Shown piece by piece: positions 37,092-46,721 of a stretch of DNA of 64,000 nucleotides (positions are counted from its first letter, which is position 1; the number at the start of each line of letters is the position of its first letter). Below the pieces are notes generated by a model. It had not been told where the DNA came from, did not search any database, and worked only from the letters and a program-made list of their open reading frames with translations. The position numbers and the translations under genes are program-made. This DNA comes from an uncultured Bdellovibrionales bacterium (GTDB lineage: Bacteria > Patescibacteriota > Minisyncoccia > Moranbacterales > UBA1568). Where the stretch lies: assembly GCA_964530135.1 (NCBI GenBank), contig CAZGXN010000001.1, forward strand, positions 4,110 to 68,109, written 5' to 3'.

Positions 37092-37694
37092 TTATGAAAG
37101 CGAGCGAATATCCTCAACGAGTTCCGGAAAGTCTTCTTGGAGAAAATGTCCACGATCAGCGAAAATATGTGGGGTTGCGAACGGCAGTGCTTGAATGTAT
37201 TGCTCGATGTTCGAGAAAGAAACAATCGGATCATCTTTGCTTTGGTACAGATGAATAGGTACGCCTGATGCAGTGAGATCTTTCAGTCCCTCAGTAAGCG
37301 AAAAATCAACGAGCGAATACCCCGCTTCGCTTACGTACGGAGCCGCGATAAGAAAGAGGGCTTTGGCCTGCTCGAATCTTTTCTCTTCAGAAAAATATTT
37401 CGCGAGAAAAATCCCGCCAAGCGAATGACCAACGAAAACGGCCGGCTCTGGAAGCAACGAAAGAAGCTGTTCGAAGACGATTTTCCATTCGAGATACTTC
37501 GCATTGTCCGGACATGGCATGCGAAGAGACAAAACCTCGTACCCGTCGCTCAGCGCTTCGCCGAGATCGGACTTCCAGCCCTTGCCCCTCAGCCGGTCAA
37601 GTGTGAGCACCCGTCCGCGGAGCGCATCGAGATACTCGTTATACGTTTCGAATACGTCACCTCCGCCGATCACGACAACTGTTTGCATAAACAA
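37092..37694 (-). CDS. alpha/beta-hydrolase-fold serine hydrolase (YdeN/RBBP9-like)
   Basis: The VGHSLGG nucleophile elbow is present. ~200 aa. Confidence 0.65.
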   Translation of the reverse strand: MFMQTVVVIGGGDVFETYNEYLDALRGRVLTLDRLRGKGWKSDLGEALSDGYEVLSLRMPCPDNAKYLEWKIVFEQLLSLLPEPAVFVGHSLGGIFLAKYFSEEKRFEQAKALFLIAAPYVSEAGYSLVDFSLTEGLKDLTASGVPIHLYQSKDDPIVSFSNIEQYIQALPFATPHIFADRGHFLQEDFPELVEDIRSLS

Positions 37695-37697
37695 GAA

Positions 37698-39173
37698 CTA
37701 GGTCGCCAGTTTCTTCTCGAGCAATTCCTTCACAATACCAGGATTGGCCTTGCCTTTTGTGGCTTTCATCACCTGACCAACCAAGTACTGAAGCGCATTC
37801 TGTTTGCCGGCCCTAAAATCCGCAACGGACTGCGTGTTGGCAGCCAGGACCGCATCTACAACTCCCTCGAGTTCACCGCTATCGCTCATCTGCGCGAGGT
37901 TGAGCCGCTCGATGATATGCGACGGATCATTATCTTCACCCTTGTACATTTCTGCGAGGACTGTCTGAGCCGCACTCGAGTTGATTACCCCGTCAGTAAC
38001 GACGACAACAAACTCAGCGAAGTTTTCTGGCGTAATAACGAACTCAGAAATCGGTTGGTCTATTTCGGCCAAATGTTTTCGGACTTCAGTGATGAAGTAA
38101 TTCGCCGCCAGCTTGATCGCTTTCGGGAGCGCTGCCTTGAGTTCACCGCCGTCCTGCTTGGCGCCGAGCTCGCTCACAACTGCCTCAAAGTACCCAGCAA
38201 TGTCTTTGTCTTCGGTAATAATATTGGCATCCATATCCAAGAGACCAAACTCTGTCATAAACCGTGCACGCTTCGCATCAGGTAACTCTGGCAGAGACTC
38301 TTTCAACGCTTTGATATACTCACCCGTAAAATCAAACGGCGGAATATCCGGTTCGGGAAAATAGCGGTAATCATGGGCCGATTCCTTTTTCCGCTGTGAG
38401 ACCGTCATGTTACGGTTCTCGTCCCAACCGCGCGTCTCTTGAATTATTTTTTCTCCATTTTCAAGTGCTTCGGTCTGCCGTTTAATCTCGTACTCGATCG
38501 CACGCTCGACCGCTTTAAATGAATTGATGTTCTTCACTTCTACCTTGGTTCCTGACAAACGATCCGCTCCGACTTCATGAAGCGAGATATTTACCTCACA
38601 GCGCATCTGTCCTTTCTCCATATCAGCATCCGAAACCTCAAGAGAGCGAAGAATCTGGCGCAGTTTCTGGCAAAATGCACGGGCATCCTTGGCTGTACTG
38701 AAGTCCGGCTCGGTTACGAGCTCCATGAGCGGCACTCCAGCGCGATTATAATCGATCAGCGTATAATCAGCTCCGTCCGGATGAATGAGTTTTCCGGTAT
38801 CCTCCTCAAGATGGATGCGGGTAATATTGAACGGCTTACCGTCGATCTCCATCGTCCCACGCTCGCAGAACGGCTCGTCGAACTGTGAGATCTGATAGCC
38901 CTTCGGCAAGTCGGGATAGAAATAATTCTTGCGGTCGAATTTGGAATGGAAACGCAACGCGCAGTTGAGTGCGAGGCCAACTTTCTGGACGGAGCGGATC
39001 GCCTCCACATTCGGCACCGGAAGCGCTCCCGGCTGTCCGGTACAAACATGGCAGACATGAACATTCGGCTCCGTCTCAAGACCGAGACTGTTCGTGCAGC
39101 GACAAAACATCTTGGAGCGTGTTTTGAGCTCCGCGTGAACTTCCATGCCAATTGTCGGTTCGTACTGTGCCAT
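37698..39173 (-). CDS. gatB: Asp/Glu-tRNA(Asn/Gln) amidotransferase subunit B
   Basis: YEPTIGMEVHAELKT...MFCRC is the GatB N-terminus. Confidence 0.9.
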   Translation of the reverse strand: MAQYEPTIGMEVHAELKTRSKMFCRCTNSLGLETEPNVHVCHVCTGQPGALPVPNVEAIRSVQKVGLALNCALRFHSKFDRKNYFYPDLPKGYQISQFDEPFCERGTMEIDGKPFNITRIHLEEDTGKLIHPDGADYTLIDYNRAGVPLMELVTEPDFSTAKDARAFCQKLRQILRSLEVSDADMEKGQMRCEVNISLHEVGADRLSGTKVEVKNINSFKAVERAIEYEIKRQTEALENGEKIIQETRGWDENRNMTVSQRKKESAHDYRYFPEPDIPPFDFTGEYIKALKESLPELPDAKRARFMTEFGLLDMDANIITEDKDIAGYFEAVVSELGAKQDGGELKAALPKAIKLAANYFITEVRKHLAEIDQPISEFVITPENFAEFVVVVTDGVINSSAAQTVLAEMYKGEDNDPSHIIERLNLAQMSDSGELEGVVDAVLAANTQSVADFRAGKQNALQYLVGQVMKATKGKANPGIVKELLEKKLAT

Positions 39174-39188
39174 AACCTTTATGATGTA

Positions 39189-39614
39189 TCAGTGTACCCC
39201 AGTTGAACCGAAACCTCCAGTCCCGCGGGTTGTCTCATCCAATTCGGCTACTTCCTCAATGTCCGGCCGCTCGACACGCTGGATGAGAAGCTGAGCGATT
39301 TTCTGCCCCTTCTTGACCTCGAATAGTTCCTGCCCGAGATTGACGAGACCAATCAGGTATTCGCCCCGGTAGCCACTATCAATGACGCCACCGAGCGTCT
39401 TCACGCCGAACTTGTGTGATAGCCCACTCTTGTCCCAGACCAAGCTGACATAGCCATCCGGAAGAGCTATCGCTATTCCGGTTGCGACCGAGCGTCGTTC
39501 TCCAGGCTTCAACACAAAATCCTCGACGGAGTACAGATCCATTCCCGCATCACCAGAGTGCGCGAAAGAAGGCATGATAGCGTCCGGATGCAGTTTTTTT
39601 ACTCTGATATTCAT
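39189..39614 (-). CDS. dut: dUTP diphosphatase (start taken at MNIRVKK)
   Basis: The GDAGMDL and GVIDSGYRGE dUTPase motifs are present. Confidence 0.85.
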   Translation of the reverse strand: MNIRVKKLHPDAIMPSFAHSGDAGMDLYSVEDFVLKPGERRSVATGIAIALPDGYVSLVWDKSGLSHKFGVKTLGGVIDSGYRGEYLIGLVNLGQELFEVKKGQKIAQLLIQRVERPDIEEVAELDETTRGTGGFGSTGVH

Positions 39615-40303
39615 AGCTTTTTCTGAATAACATTCCAGACTTTTTCTGCAATTGTTTCGCGCGAGAGCATTTCCCCTTTTCGCGCACAATCAATTTTTGT
39701 CCAAGCATTCAACTTCTTCACCAATTTGAGCGCATTCTCCCGACTCTCAGTGAGATGCTTGGGATTACTTTCGGCTTGATCTTTCTGTCCTTTTTTCAAG
39801 TACACCTTTTTCCGTTTCTGTCCCTCGAGGTCGAGAAGTTTCTGCGACACTTCAACTGATACATCGAGATAAATAATTGTGTCCGGACGTGGAAGGCCGA
39901 AGACGCCGTGTTCCATCTGATCGAGCCACTGGAGGAACTCTTTCTGCTTTTTCGGATCGTGGATCTTGCCACCTTGATGAATCTGATTCGCGCTCACGTA
40001 ACGGTCGAGCACGACGACATATCCTACCTTGAGCCAAGCCTCGATCTTGGACTTTGATTCGAATCGATCTGCCGCATAGAGTACCGATACGATATGCGGA
40101 TCGAGTGCGATGAAGTCGCCAAAGTCCCCAGCGAGACAGCGACCGATAAGCTGACCGAAATGATTTGCTTCGTACTGTGGAAAGTCGAGTGTTTTCGTTT
40201 TGTACCCCTCGGCTTTCAAACGCGACAGAAGCAATCGAGTCTGGGTCGCTTTGCCCGAACCGTCTGAGCCATCGATCACGATGAGCTTGCCATGTTTCGC
40301 CAT
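39611..40303 (-). CDS. tmk: thymidylate kinase
   Basis: KLIVIDGSDGSGKATQ P-loop and DRY-like motif. Confidence 0.85.
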   Translation of the reverse strand: MAKHGKLIVIDGSDGSGKATQTRLLLSRLKAEGYKTKTLDFPQYEANHFGQLIGRCLAGDFGDFIALDPHIVSVLYAADRFESKSKIEAWLKVGYVVVLDRYVSANQIHQGGKIHDPKKQKEFLQWLDQMEHGVFGLPRPDTIIYLDVSVEVSQKLLDLEGQKRKKVYLKKGQKDQAESNPKHLTESRENALKLVKKLNAWTKIDCARKGEMLSRETIAEKVWNVIQKKL

Positions 40304-40304
40304 A

Positions 40305-40859
40305 CTATTCGTGCATAATCATTTCAACCGCCGTATCAAGCTTGGCCTGGAGCTCGGTCAGCTCACCCTCATTCACAATCATAAAATCAGCGAGGGCAAT
40401 CGGCGTCCCCTGACTAAGCCGATTGAGTTGCGCCCAGTCGCGCTCCTCGGCTGCTTGTCGGTCGAGTGGCCGTTCGGGTCGGGTCGCTAATCGAGCATGA
40501 CGGATGCTCGGTCGTGCATGGATTGCAATCGCATAGAAATCATCGTGGAAACGCTCCTTGAACACCCTGTATTCGGATGCTGTATACAATCCGTCGGCTA
40601 ACACAACATCATTCACGCCAAGCGCCTCGATCATCCGGATGACCTCCTGAGCGTAGTAGTCTTCGCCATGGAGATTCCGGAGGTCTTCGCGAACCAGTCG
40701 CTCATTGGCCTGATTGCGTTCCAGCCCGCGACGTTTCATTTCATCCAGCGTTACGCCGCCGAAATACACCTTTGGCCAGCCATACTTTCCTTGTAGGTAC
40801 TGCACCACCTCAGACTTTCCGCTTCCTGGCATTCCGAGTACAGCAACGATTTTTGGCAT
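40305..40859 (-). CDS. P-loop NTPase, probable nucleoside/nucleotide kinase (start taken at MPKIVAVLG)
   Basis: Walker A GMPGSGKS. Small at ~185 aa. It is embedded in the dNTP-metabolism cluster. Confidence 0.5.
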   Translation of the reverse strand: MPKIVAVLGMPGSGKSEVVQYLQGKYGWPKVYFGGVTLDEMKRRGLERNQANERLVREDLRNLHGEDYYAQEVIRMIEALGVNDVVLADGLYTASEYRVFKERFHDDFYAIAIHARPSIRHARLATRPERPLDRQAAEERDWAQLNRLSQGTPIALADFMIVNEGELTELQAKLDTAVEMIMHE

Positions 40860-40885
40860 AGACGATATTCGTTTGATTTTCTTTA

Positions 40886-41764
40886 TTACTGTCCAACTGA
40901 CCACTCCACTTTTGCACTCTCCACGAGAGCGGCAAATGCTCGATCACGCAGCATCAGATCGACGATCTGTCGGGCGAGGATTCGGCCCGCTGCCGAGTCG
41001 CTCGGATAGTGCACCCCCGCGATTTCACGATTGACAGCCACCCGCAATGCATCGCTTTCGAACTCTGTCTGCCGTTCTGGTGCAATAACCGTCAAGACGA
41101 AAGCGATGGCATGTGCCTGTGTCGAATGACCACTTGGATACGCTGGATGTTCGGGCACATCGATAGCTGGTGCGAGTGTCGGATCAAGTTTATGCGCACG
41201 GACACGATCATACTTTGTCTTTATCCGCATGACGATTGGAGTGATCTCGTCAAACAGCTGGCTGATAACTTTTCCAGTCAACGGGTAGCGCGGATCGGAC
41301 ATATACGCGGTGATGGTTTCGGGTCCGATCTTTATCCCATCTGCTACCTGCTCGGCCTTGATCTGTTTGATCCGTTCTGGTGTCCGGAGCAGGACATACG
41401 CGTGAAGTAGTTTCAATTCTTCCGCCGTCCGAAGCGAAGAATTCGCGGGAAAATCTGGAAGTCCGATACGCTGTTCATTCACACCGATGATTGGGGTTAC
41501 ATCGTCCAAAAAGGCACGGTATTCATCCCCGAGTCGCATCGTATTTGAAAACCGGAGCCCCTCAACCGGCGCATCAGGTGTCCGCACCGCACCCGACACA
41601 CCGTCAAATGGGTCGATGACATCACGCGGCGCCTTCGAGATATCAACCGTCTTTTCGATAGTCGCCGTAATCGGCGTCTTCTTCGCTGCATCCTGAGAAT
41701 TGATATAGAACAGTACCCCGATAACTCCAACGAGCACCAACACAATCAGCTTTCCCATAGACAT
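40886..41764 (-). CDS. PAP2-family phosphatase, membrane-anchored
   Basis: N-terminal TM. The PSGHS and AGVHYPSD motifs of PAP2 (acid phosphatase / haloperoxidase family) are present. Confidence 0.7.
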   Translation of the reverse strand: MSMGKLIVLVLVGVIGVLFYINSQDAAKKTPITATIEKTVDISKAPRDVIDPFDGVSGAVRTPDAPVEGLRFSNTMRLGDEYRAFLDDVTPIIGVNEQRIGLPDFPANSSLRTAEELKLLHAYVLLRTPERIKQIKAEQVADGIKIGPETITAYMSDPRYPLTGKVISQLFDEITPIVMRIKTKYDRVRAHKLDPTLAPAIDVPEHPAYPSGHSTQAHAIAFVLTVIAPERQTEFESDALRVAVNREIAGVHYPSDSAAGRILARQIVDLMLRDRAFAALVESAKVEWSVGQ

Positions 41765-41767
41765 GCA

Positions 41768-42295
41768 TTAATGATTTCGTTCCAATGTCAGATATGTGAG
41801 CCGATAACCTGCCTCTTCATATTCTTCTGATTCCACTACTTTTTCGAAATGATCAGCGTACTCCGGAAAAAAAGTATCTCCATCTATTATGGCGTGAACG
41901 AGCGTCAGATACAAGCAATCCGCCACTGGCAATGCTTCAGTATAGATCTGTCCGCCACCACAGACAAAGATCTCCTCGGATTCAATCGTTCGGGCCTTTT
42001 CCAAGGCCGCTTCGAAGCTCTCCACGACGATACAACCCGGGATTTCCCGATAAATATCACGGGTAATGACGATATTCGTCCGTCCCGGCAAAGGACGCCC
42101 AATCGACTCATGTGTTTTCCGGCCCATGATGAGCACATGGCCGAGGGTACGCTCCTTGAAGCGACGAAAGTCATCCGCAAGATGCCACGGGATCTTGCCC
42201 TGGTTTCCGATCACTCGGTTTTCGGAGAGTGCAGCAATGAGACTGATGCGAGGCTGTGGCATTTCAGATGTTTGGAAAATATTCACAACAGACAC
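41768..42295 (-). CDS. folA: dihydrofolate reductase
   Basis: ISLIAALSENRVIGNQGKIPWHLADDFRRFKERTLGHVLIMGRKT. Confidence 0.85.
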   Translation of the reverse strand: MSVVNIFQTSEMPQPRISLIAALSENRVIGNQGKIPWHLADDFRRFKERTLGHVLIMGRKTHESIGRPLPGRTNIVITRDIYREIPGCIVVESFEAALEKARTIESEEIFVCGGGQIYTEALPVADCLYLTLVHAIIDGDTFFPEYADHFEKVVESEEYEEAGYRLTYLTLERNH

Positions 42296-43212
42296 TAAAC
42301 GGCAATTGGTGCCTTGATCGGCGGATGTGGATCATATCCTTCAAGCGTAAAGTCCTCAAAGGTAAAGGCGAAGAGGTCTTTTATTTCGGGATTGATGCGG
42401 AGTGTTGGGAGCTTCTTCGGCTCGCGGGTCAACTGTTCTTTCACCTGTTCGAAATGATTGTTATAGAGATGTGTATCTCCACCCGTCCAGATAAATTCAC
42501 CAGGCTGAAGCCCCGTTACCTGCGCAATCATCAGAGTGAGCAATGCATATGAAGCGATATTGAACGGCACACCGAGAAAAGTATCGCAGCTTCGCTGATA
42601 CAGCTGGCAAGATAATTTTCCACGAGCGACATAAAACTGAAAGAGGCAGTGGCACGGTGGCAATCCAGCCTTCGCCATCTCCTCAAGATCAGCTGGATTC
42701 CAGGCTGAAACAATCAACCGCCGAGAATCAGGGTTCTGTTTAATCTGCTCGACGACATCTTTGAGTTGGTCAATCTCTCTGCCATCTGGTGTTGGCCAAT
42801 GTCGCCACTGATACCCATACACTGGACCGAGATTGCCATAATCCGCTGCAAAAATTTCATCGGTCTTGATTCGCTCGATAAATGACTGAATGCCGACATT
42901 CCACTCATTCGAACCAGTCTGGGGTACGGGTAACCCACTCCGGATGAGGTAAGCTTTGTACGGCCACTCATCCCAAATATGGACATCTTTCATGGCAAGC
43001 GTCCGCAGTTGCGTATCGCCGCGCACGAACCAAAGCAACTCTTCGGCGATAAGACGGAAAGGTACTTTTTTCGTCGTGAGCAATGGGAATCCCTGCGCAA
43101 GATCAAAACGCATCTGGTACCCGAAAACGCTCCGTGTCCCGACTCCAGTCCGGTCGCTCTTGTCGATGCCGGTATCCATGATATGAGTGAGCAAATCGAG
43201 GTATTGGCGCAT
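42295..43212 (-). CDS. thyA: thymidylate synthase (ThyA type) with an internal ~45-aa insertion
   Basis: Near-colinear with E. coli ThyA: [22 protein letters not shown] and [24 protein letters not shown]. Confidence 0.9.
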   Translation of the reverse strand: MRQYLDLLTHIMDTGIDKSDRTGVGTRSVFGYQMRFDLAQGFPLLTTKKVPFRLIAEELLWFVRGDTQLRTLAMKDVHIWDEWPYKAYLIRSGLPVPQTGSNEWNVGIQSFIERIKTDEIFAADYGNLGPVYGYQWRHWPTPDGREIDQLKDVVEQIKQNPDSRRLIVSAWNPADLEEMAKAGLPPCHCLFQFYVARGKLSCQLYQRSCDTFLGVPFNIASYALLTLMIAQVTGLQPGEFIWTGGDTHLYNNHFEQVKEQLTREPKKLPTLRINPEIKDLFAFTFEDFTLEGYDPHPPIKAPIAV

Positions 43213-43287
43213 AAAGATTATTATTGTCTCTAAGAATTACCCGACTGTATTCTGAGACACTCGCTCCTCATCAGATAGAGAATAGGG

Positions 43288-43881
43288 TCATTTCTTCTTG
43301 ATCGGTTTTTTCTTGGGAGGAGTGAAGTTCAGGTGCATCTTGGACGCGACAGGTTTGCTATCCCCTTTATATTTTGAATTGAGGCCTTTGGAGCCATAGG
43401 GACGCTCACAAGCACTTGAGAGATATTCAAACGCCATCTGACCGATCGGCATACCATAATAGAGCTTGATTGGTATCTTGCCAGCATTGTAAAGTTCGAG
43501 TGTCATCTTGAGTGAGTTGCCTGGATCGAGAAAACCAGCGGTTGTATGGATAATAAGACCAAGACGACCAAGCGAAGATTTTCCTTCGAGCCGACCAACG
43601 AGCCGATCTGAGACACCTGTTTCCTCCAGAAGGACACCGAGTGCAAATTCGCCCGGGTGCAGGATAAATGGCTCATCCGGAGCGATATCAATTTTTTTCA
43701 TGAGCTCAAGAGAAATGTCTTTGGGATCGATGACAAAGTTGTGATTGATATCGAAGATCAGAAAGTGTCGGTCGAGATGTACATCATAACTCGCCGGCTG
43801 AACATATTCTGCCTTATACGGCTTGATAGTAATTTGTCCGGCCTTGCGTTCTTTCTTGATGTCGCGGTCTGAGAGAATCAT
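43288..43881 (-). CDS. dcd: dCTP deaminase
   Basis: MILSDRDIKK, then the typical Dcd/dUTPase-fold segment GRLEGKSSLGRLGL. Confidence 0.8.
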   Translation of the reverse strand: MILSDRDIKKERKAGQITIKPYKAEYVQPASYDVHLDRHFLIFDINHNFVIDPKDISLELMKKIDIAPDEPFILHPGEFALGVLLEETGVSDRLVGRLEGKSSLGRLGLIIHTTAGFLDPGNSLKMTLELYNAGKIPIKLYYGMPIGQMAFEYLSSACERPYGSKGLNSKYKGDSKPVASKMHLNFTPPKKKPIKKK

Positions 43882-43976
43882 AGGAGAGATAAAAAGTATG
43901 CACTTTTAGCTAGTATACCGGAAATCTCGGGTAAAGAAAAAGCCCTGATTGAGGGCTTTTTCTGGTCTCATAATAC

Positions 43977-44666
43977 TTACTTCGTGATACGGAGACCGGG
44001 GCCCATAGTAGAGCTCAGTGTCATCGAGAGGATGAAACGCCCCTTGAGACCATCCGGTTTCCCTTTTTCGATAGCCTCGATGAAGGTCCGGATATTTTCT
44101 TCAAGCGCCTGTGCAGCAAACGAGAGTTTACCGACGACCTGATGAATATTCCCCGTATCATCATTTTTGTAACTCGCTTTTTTCCCTTTTTGGAGCATTT
44201 CAACCGCCTCAGCGATTTTTTGAGTAACGGTTTCATTTTTTGGCGATGGCATCATACCCTTTGGTCCGAGGATCTTTGCGACGGTTGCAAGCTTTGGCAT
44301 CATTTCCGGTGTCGCGAGCACGAGGTCGAAATGCGTGCCAGGATTAACCTTGCCACTCTTTATGTCAGCGATGAGTTCCTCACCCCCTGCTTGGGCGGCA
44401 CCTGCGTCCTGTGCCTCCTTGAGCTTGGTCGATGTAACGACCGCAACTTTCTGCGTCCGGCCAGTACCATGCGGCAGGATAACAATACCGCGAACATTCT
44501 CATCTGATTTCTTAGCGGAAATACCTAGTTTGAAATGCATCTCGACAGACTCATCAAACTTCGCCGTTTTGTTTGCCTGAAAAAATGCGACCGCTTCCGT
44601 TATCGTATAGACCTTACCCAACTCAAGCTGTTCAAATGCTGCCCGATATTTCTTCCCGTGTGTCAT
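43977..44666 (-). CDS. rplA: 50S ribosomal protein L1
   Basis: KKYRAAFEQLELGKVYTITEA, then GTGRTQKVAV. Confidence 0.9.
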   Translation of the reverse strand: MTHGKKYRAAFEQLELGKVYTITEAVAFFQANKTAKFDESVEMHFKLGISAKKSDENVRGIVILPHGTGRTQKVAVVTSTKLKEAQDAGAAQAGGEELIADIKSGKVNPGTHFDLVLATPEMMPKLATVAKILGPKGMMPSPKNETVTQKIAEAVEMLQKGKKASYKNDDTGNIHQVVGKLSFAAQALEENIRTFIEAIEKGKPDGLKGRFILSMTLSSTMGPGLRITK

Positions 44667-44733
44667 ACTGTTTCGTGGTACAAGCCTTAATCCTCGCTTC
44701 GAGTATTAAGTCCCACAAATTATGTGAATAAAA

Positions 44734-45081
44734 TTATTGCCGGTCTAAACTGTCTTTCAGTGTTTCCAAATGGCTGCTGCGAATTTCCCACTCCACCAGT
44801 TTCTTTGGGTCAGTTTCAATACTCTGCTCTCGATAGGCTTTTTCTATTTCTTGGTCCAAATAGACGCTTGCAGCTTCGAAATCACCAACTTCGAGTGCTT
44901 CGAGTGCCTGAGCCGCCTCATGTGTACCATCGAAACTCTCATGCTCCGATCCTGCGAGCCCCTCGATTTCGGTCCGCGTTGCCTCAGCGAGGAGGAAACT
45001 TCTCAGTTTTCCAAGCGCTACTTCCCAAGCACGGTCTTCATCTCCTTCCACCAATGACTCAAAACCCGACATATGCCTCAT
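44734..45081 (-). CDS. possible small acidic protein inserted between rplK and rplA
   Basis: 115 aa, very acidic, co-directional. It fills an otherwise unusual 440-bp rplK-rplA gap. Confidence 0.35.
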   Translation of the reverse strand: MRHMSGFESLVEGDEDRAWEVALGKLRSFLLAEATRTEIEGLAGSEHESFDGTHEAAQALEALEVGDFEAASVYLDQEIEKAYREQSIETDPKKLVEWEIRSSHLETLKDSLDRQ

Positions 45082-45108
45082 ATGTTAATGATGAAGTCAC
45101 TCTCGCTT

Positions 45109-45534
45109 TCACCCCTCAACCTTTATACCCATCGAGCGGGCAGTGCCTTTGATGATATTCATCGCTGCCTCCACATCGTTCGCGTTGAGGTCAGGAAGCT
45201 TTTTTTCAGCGATCTCACGCACCTGAGCTGCGGTAATCGAACCAGCCTTATCTTTCAATGGGTTGGCCGCAGCCTTTTCAATTTTCGCAGCTTTTTTCAA
45301 GAGGTCCGAAGCCGGTGGAGTCTTCATTACAAAGGTGAACGACCGATCCTCAAAAACCGTGATCTCCACTGGAATAATGTCGCCCATCATCTCGCGGGTC
45401 GCTTCATTATACTTGCTGCAAAAATCCTGAATATTTAACCCGTGCGGTCCGAGAGCGGTACCGACCGGTGGAGCTGGGGTTGCCTTGCCTGCTGGGATCT
45501 GCAACTTCACGAGTGCCTTGATTGCTTTCGCCAT
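45109..45534 (-). CDS. rplK: 50S ribosomal protein L11
   Basis: [29 protein letters not shown]. Confidence 0.9.
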   Translation of the reverse strand: MAKAIKALVKLQIPAGKATPAPPVGTALGPHGLNIQDFCSKYNEATREMMGDIIPVEITVFEDRSFTFVMKTPPASDLLKKAAKIEKAAANPLKDKAGSITAAQVREIAEKKLPDLNANDVEAAMNIIKGTARSMGIKVEG

Positions 45535-45554
45535 ATGCGTCTGATTCTCTCAAA

Positions 45555-46100
45555 TTAGTCTTTTTTGATCTGGAGGAAGTCGAGCTCTACCGGCGTCTCC
45601 CGACCAAAGATCGATACGAGTACCTTCACCTTACCCTTCTCATCATCCACCTCCTGGATTTTGCCTTCGAAATTCTTAAATGGACCATCCACAATGCGGA
45701 CGGATTCGCCGATCTTCACATCAATCTTGTACTTCGGTTCGGCCACACCCATACGCTTCTTCAGACCTTCGATCTCGGCGGGATCAATCGGAGTCGGCGT
45801 GGTACCGAGACCAATAAAACCGGTAACATTTGGGGTGTTTCGCACTACATACCACGACGCATCCGTAACCACCATATCCACCAGGACATACCCTGGGTAG
45901 ATGCGCTCCTCAACGACCACTCGCTTACCCGCCTTAATCTTGATTTTCTTTTCTTTAGGAACAAGAACATCGAAGATGAGGCTCTGCATATCCATCGATT
46001 CGATACGCTGCTTGAGGTTGCGAGATACATTGTCCTCATATCCTGAATAGGTATGAAGCACATACCAAGCGCGCCCATGATGTTGACTCTGTTTAGCCAT
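45555..46100 (-). CDS. nusG: transcription termination/antitermination factor NusG
   Basis: WYVLHTYSGYE NGN domain and a C-terminal KOW motif (GPFKNFEGKIQEVD). Confidence 0.9.
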   Translation of the reverse strand: MAKQSQHHGRAWYVLHTYSGYEDNVSRNLKQRIESMDMQSLIFDVLVPKEKKIKIKAGKRVVVEERIYPGYVLVDMVVTDASWYVVRNTPNVTGFIGLGTTPTPIDPAEIEGLKKRMGVAEPKYKIDVKIGESVRIVDGPFKNFEGKIQEVDDEKGKVKVLVSIFGRETPVELDFLQIKKD

Positions 46101-46121
46101 AGATCTGAAACAAAATGATGA

Positions 46122-46310
46122 TTATTGCGTCAAGAGAAACCGCTCGACGAGATAACTGAAAAGTGTATCAAGGAGTCCGAGAAACATGGCCACTACGAGA
46201 CTGATCACGACAACTAAGAGCGTATAGCGAACCAATTCCTTCTGCGTTGGCCAGTTCACCTTCAAAAGTTCACCTTTGGCTTCTGTGAAGAAGCGAATGA
46301 CCTTGTTCAT
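46122..46310 (-). CDS. secE: preprotein translocase subunit SecE
   Basis: 62 aa: FFTEAKGELLKVNWPT plus a single TM. Located immediately upstream of nusG. Confidence 0.75.
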   Translation of the reverse strand: MNKVIRFFTEAKGELLKVNWPTQKELVRYTLLVVVISLVVAMFLGLLDTLFSYLVERFLLTQ

Positions 46311-46335
46311 GGCTTTTTTAAGCTATTTTCTGGTC

Positions 46336-46357
46336 TAAAAAAAGCCCCGAGGGCTTA
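46336..46357 (-). terminator. intrinsic-terminator-like hairpin plus U-run on the minus strand, ~30 nt upstream of secE
   Basis: Minus strand reads aagccc-tcg-gggctt followed by ttttttt. Confidence 0.4.
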
Positions 46358-46446
46358 TGCACCCACTGTAGAGCAAATTCAAATGTATGTCAATTATCTT
46401 TAAACTCCATATAAAGTCTGTCAGACGATAATACCCCCGCTACCCC

Positions 46447-46475
46447 TTGACAAATTTGTCATAATAATCTATTGT
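46447..46475 (+). promoter_or_regulatory. sigma70-like promoter TTGACA-N17-TATTGT for the 46516/46722 genes
   Basis: Consensus -35 at 46447-46452 with a 17-nt spacer. Confidence 0.35.
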
Positions 46476-46515
46476 AATAAGTTCATACAACTTTTATCTC
46501 ACGAACTGGCACATC

Positions 46516-46710
46516 ATGGCTCCCGCCGCCCAAATCATCGTCTCAGCCCTCCTCTTTACTTTCGGAATCATTACCCCCGAAAGCCTTTTTACCTCGCCCA
46601 ATACCCCTGTCTCCGCTTCCATCCTCTCGGCAACAGCGCTCGCATTCGGTACACTCATTCTCAGCAGCTTTGTGATAAGCCGAATCCTCAGCTGGCTGAT
46701 ACATCGATAG
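46516..46710 (+). CDS. small hydrophobic membrane protein
   Basis: 64 aa with two predicted TM helices, 11 nt upstream of the GT2 gene. Confidence 0.35.
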   Translation: MAPAAQIIVSALLFTFGIITPESLFTSPNTPVSASILSATALAFGTLILSSFVISRILSWLIHR

Positions 46711-46721
46711 TAACAGTCAAT

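Noticed and set aside
37425-38285. 286-aa plus ORF
   Set aside because: It is antisense to gatB and the hydrolase.
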